Assembly (NCBI GenBank): GCA_963721455.1
Contig: CAVRJG010000070.1
Coordinates: 1-51,012 of the forward strand
Source: an uncultured Methanosarcinaceae archaeon
Lineage (GTDB): Archaea > Halobacteriota > Methanosarcinia > Methanosarcinales > Methanosarcinaceae
DNA length: 51,012 bases
Direction: 5' to 3'
Below the pieces are notes generated by a model. It was not told the DNA's origin. It searched no databases and was given only the letters and a program-made list of their open reading frames with translations. Each line of letters starts with the position of its first letter. Within the stretch, counting starts at the first letter, position 1. The translations under genes were made by a program, and so were the position numbers. Shown here piece by piece: positions 49,201-51,012 of the stretch.

Positions 49201-49881
49201 AAGACTCCTTAACATTTTTACTTGTTTTTCGAATTTACTTTAAGTTTTAGGGTCCAATTTATCGGGTTTACTTCATTATTTATTTCTAAATTTGTTTAGA
49301 TTTACTATCTCTAAAGTTTTAATCATTTTATTTTAGAGATCAATCTAAAATTCTAGAGTTCACAATTACTTTTTCAAAACCTAACGTTTATACTTCAGGT
49401 TTTTTGTTATGTTAAGGGCGTATAGTATTTAATTTTTTATGAACTTTTTTCATTTTTGTTTCGATTTGCAACTTTTATTTTCTAAAGTTAAATTCTGGGA
49501 AGCGTTCGTTTTTACTCTCTCGTTTTTCCTTTTCAGGTTATAAGCCGTCAAATTCAGAGAACTTTTCTCTTCACGGCTTATATTTTTCTCGGAATTTTGA
49601 AAAGCAGTTTACCTGAATAGAAGTTGGCACTTTTATTGATTCTTCTTATTCATATTATGGCATTTTTATATATTTGGGAAAAGCAGGTGTACGATACCAT
49701 ACCATAATATTTAGTATTTTTCGGCAAAGCTCTTTTAAATATGAGTACTTACGCAGTTGCCTGCTTTGCAGGCAACTTTTGAATTTCCGTAATTTTTATC
49801 ATAAGACGTAGCTTGGATTTTTAACCTGAGTTTGACAGATAAATAAAAATAAGTGCTCTTTATTTTGTTTTATTCGGTCCA

Positions 49882-50281
49882 ATGAATATAAAAACAAAAA
49901 TAAGAGCATTCCCAACTATTCCTAACAAGAATAAATGTGTTTCTATCGGATCGATGCTTGCTGTTCAATACTTTTATGAAAAACTTAATTTTTCTGATGT
50001 TTTTAGCAAGCATAAAAGTAAGGGTTTAGATCTCAATAGTTTATTAATTGGCTTGGTGAGCTATAAGCTCACCGAGAATTTTAGCATCAAGGAAGCTAGT
50101 AAATGGTTAAATCAGAAAGAAATTCTCGAGATTTTGAACCTCAAGAGTTTTCATGAAAAAGTTCTTTACAGGACTCTTGAGATCCTCGGACGTAATAAGG
50201 AGATAATTCTCTCGGAGATCTTAGATAATCTGTTTTCTGTTTATGGTTTTGGAGAGACTGATATAAACCTTGACTGGACTA
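49882..50281 (+). pseudogene. IS1634-family transposase, N-terminal part, interrupted
   Basis: SYKLTENFSI, LYRTLE.LG, DINLDWTS (first catalytic Asp); similarity breaks at the CTAG site at 50279-50282. Confidence 0.75.
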
Positions 50282-51012
50282 GTGTCGAGTCAACAATAAA
50301 ATGTCGTAAATTTTATATTGTATATTGTTCATAAAGAATCCTGGAGGTTACTATGAATAGATACACTGTGACACTTACCAAAGATGAACGTGAAGCTCTT
50401 TGTGAACTTACCTCAAAGGGCAAACATAGCTCACAAAAAATCCTCAATGCTCTGATCTTACTTAATTGTGATAAAAGTGAATGGAATGTTAACCATTCAA
50501 CCAATGAAGAAATCTCACGTATCCTGAATATTAGTATGAGAAAAATTGACCGTGTTAAGAAACGATTTGTTGAAGAAGGTCTTGAAGTTGCTCTCAACGG
50601 GGAAAAAAGAGATCGTATTTATGCTAAAAAAGTTGATGGTGATTTTGAAGCCCATTTAGTTGCATTGAGTTGCAGTGAACCCCCTGAAGGTTTTGCAAGG
50701 TGGTCTTTGAGATTGTTGGCTGATCAGGCTGTAGAGCTTGGCTATATCGAGAATATATCTCATGAAACAGTTCGCCGTACTTTAAAAAAACGAAGTCAAA
50801 CCCTGGCAAAGGAAAGGATGGGTAATTCCCCCAGAACAAAACAGTAGCTTTTGTTGCAAATATGGAAATGGTTCTGGATGTTTATAAGCGTCCATTTGAT
50901 CCACGAAATCCTGTTATATGTATGGATGAATCCCCAAAACAACTGATTGCAGAAACCAGGGTTCCTGTCCCCTGTTCACCTGGAAAACCAGCCAGGTATG
51001 ATTACGAACGCC
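50282..51012 (+). mobile_element. IS630-family element (runs off the window), frameshifted transposase
   Basis: Begins after TA. ORF 50353-50847 has VKKRFVEEGLE and PPEGFARWSLRLLA, followed in other frames by NEVKPW, then FVANMEMVLDVY and CMDESPKQL. Confidence 0.88.

Overview
Chromosomal window of a methanogenic archaeon, almost certainly a Methanosarcina (MtaA-family methyltransferase, NrpRII, DUF1699 protein, PGF-pre-PGF and NosD surface proteins, Thg1). It mixes housekeeping genes (tyrS, thg1, PRC-barrel cdpB-like gene, mdh, cupin pgi, recJ-like DHH nuclease, katE) with accessory metabolic genes and many decayed mobile elements: three IS200/IS605 derivatives plus an orphan end, a 113-bp MITE, and an IS630 nested in an IS1634. 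The best leads are five. (i) A radical SAM/SPASM + EgtD-like methyltransferase + amidinotransferase-fold operon with altered substrate motifs, converging on two UbiA prenyltransferases. (ii) A flippase-like + PIG-A-like GT4 + deacetylase operon that could make the GPI-core-like lipid glucosaminyl archaetidylinositol. (iii) A tusA-dsrE-iscS*-iscU operon whose IscS has lost its PLP-binding residues. (iv) An IS605 element inserted in the last codons of thg1, with the native C-terminus displaced 1.2 kb downstream. (v) A promoter-preceded, multi-stem ncRNA candidate at about 7.78-7.96 kb. All family calls come from motif recognition by eye; no searches were run.
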